DNA from: an uncultured cyanobacterium
GTDB taxonomy: Bacteria > Cyanobacteriota > Cyanobacteriia > PCC-9006 > JAAUQQ01
NCBI GenBank assembly: GCA_963718615.1
Contig: OY970368.1
Location: 3,840,001 to 3,904,000 of the forward strand
Direction: 5' to 3'
DNA length: 64,000 nt
Made by a program: the position numbers and the translations under genes. This document shows, in pieces, positions 62,541 through 64,000 of this stretch. Under the pieces are notes generated by a model. The model saw nothing but the letters and a program-made list of their open reading frames with translations. It was not told where the DNA came from and did no database searches. Position 1 is the stretch's first letter. Every line of letters begins with the position of its first letter.

Positions 62541-63119
62541 CTACGCCAACAAATCAGCTACAGACGAGCTAAATCCTAACAGAACTTTCTGGGTACAAAG
62601 GGTTTGCTCTGGATTAAACACCATCCAGGCCCCATCAGTTTTTACCAAAATAAATTGAGACTCTGGAAAAACAATCCACACCTCTTCACAACCCGAAGCA
62701 AGATATTCGTCGGCTTTGGCAAATAGCATTTCAGCGCTATCGTCGGGGGAAGCTATCTCTGCAATTAATGGAAAGCTTTGGGGCAACGTTGCAACAGATC
62801 CAAATTGCTGAACCAATTCAGGGGTAAGGTAGGCAACATCTGGACGACGACCTTGCGTCTGGGTTCGGCAGGGAGCTTCGGTATAGGCATTACCGCCTTG
62901 GCCACTGTCGGTAATGTATCGATTCCAAGCGGTGACAATGTTGCCCTGAACTTTGCTGTGTCGAAGTGTCATACCGTTTTTTTCGATCAGTTCCCCATTC
63001 ACCCATTCCATCCCTTCAGGCGGGTTTTCCAGAAAGTCCTTTAGAGACAAGGATTGAGATTGTTCGTGCTGTAGGTTCTGAGGTGGATTTGGAGAAGGTC
63101 GAATAGGGGTGGTGACCAT
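62541..63119 (-). CDS. Uma2 family (DUF820) putative endonuclease
   Basis: EWVNGELIEK, RRPDVAY, LIAEIASP, YLASGCEEVWIV. Confidence 0.9.
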   Translation of the reverse strand: MVTTPIRPSPNPPQNLQHEQSQSLSLKDFLENPPEGMEWVNGELIEKNGMTLRHSKVQGNIVTAWNRYITDSGQGGNAYTEAPCRTQTQGRRPDVAYLTPELVQQFGSVATLPQSFPLIAEIASPDDSAEMLFAKADEYLASGCEEVWIVFPESQFILVKTDGAWMVFNPEQTLCTQKVLLGFSSSVADLLA

Positions 63120-63181
63120 GGTACGTATGCGGTGGGTTGAATTGTGAAGGAGGGAGGAGCGATTGCCTTTTCTATTTAATC

Positions 63182-64000
63182 CTAAATCATATTCTTTTCC
63201 CCGAAGAAACCCAATTGTTCTATTCCATCCTCCTGAACTCTACTACTTTTTGGCTTACCAGAATGCCCTTCATCCTTGCGTAGGCCCACCGCAATTTTGC
63301 TGTGCTTTTCAATGCGCGCCATCACCTGTCGCGCCCGCTGAATCACAGACTTGGGTAAACCCGCTAAGCGAGCCGCTTCGATACCGTAGGATTTATCCGC
63401 GCCCCCCGGTTGAACCTGGTGCAAAAAGATGATTTGGTCATCCAGCTCTTTGACCACCACTTGAAAATTAGCCACATTGGGCAGGATGGAGGCGATTTCA
63501 TTCATCTCGTGATAGTGGGTGGCGAAGATCGTGCGCGATCGCAATTCCGTCGCAATGTATTCTGCCACGGACCAAGCAATCGATAATCCATCAAACGTCG
63601 CCGTACCCCGCCCAATTTCGTCGAGTAACACCAGGGAACGCGCCGTAGCGTGGTTGAGAATATTGGCAGTTTCATTCATTTCCACCATAAACGTGGATTG
63701 GCCCGTGGCCAGATCATCGACCGCACCGACGCGGGTGAAAATGCGATCGCAAATCCCCAACCGAGCCGACTTCGCCGGGACAAAGCTTCCCACTTGAGCC
63801 ATCAACTGAATCAACCCCGTTTGACGCAGATAACAGCTTTTGCCGCTAGCATTTGGCCCCGTCAACACAATCAAATCCGGGGCGTTCTCATCCCGTTCGT
63901 CTCGGTCCAAGGCATATCCCAAGCGAGTCGAATTGGGTACAAAGAATCCGGTGGGCATGGATTTTTCAACCACGGGGTGGCGGCCATCGATAATCGCGAT
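63182..64000 (-). CDS. mutS: DNA mismatch repair protein MutS (3' part, runs off the window)
   Basis: [58 protein letters not shown]. Confidence 0.96.
   Translation of the reverse strand: MAIIDGRHPVVEKSMPTGFFVPNSTRLGYALDRDERDENAPDLIVLTGPNASGKSCYLRQTGLIQLMAQVGSFVPAKSARLGICDRIFTRVGAVDDLATGQSTFMVEMNETANILNHATARSLVLLDEIGRGTATFDGLSIAWSVAEYIATELRSRTIFATHYHEMNEIASILPNVANFQVVVKELDDQIIFLHQVQPGGADKSYGIEAARLAGLPKSVIQRARQVMARIEKHSKIAVGLRKDEGHSGKPKSSRVQEDGIEQLGFFGEKNMI

Overview
Cyanobacterial chromosomal window (the HIP1 octamer GCGATCGC is abundant). About 20.4-64 kb is mostly housekeeping: an rRNA operon with tRNA-Ile/Ala, glyQ, comEC, tRNA-Ser, gmd/fcl, menD/menB, ndhF4-cupB, rbcX, sphRS, malQ and the mutS 3' end. 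About 2.3-20.4 kb is accessory. It holds an orphan contractile-tail tube gene next to an amidase, a decayed IS1, and a chromosomal integron. The integron has a pseudogenised intI, a putative attI, and minus-strand cassettes with attC sites. It also carries an IS21 and two copies of a ~970-bp internally deleted IS110-family element, each inserted at the same position of an attC site. The main candidate system is the ~335-nt leader of that IS110 element. It appears to encode a bridge RNA with three guide loops of the same build: one matches the element's own circle junction and two match alternative attC L''/R'' sequences. A second unexplained structure is a phased array of five palindromes (alternating 40/42-bp period) between attI and intI. 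All calls were made by eye from the sequence and the ORF track; no searches or folding programs were run.
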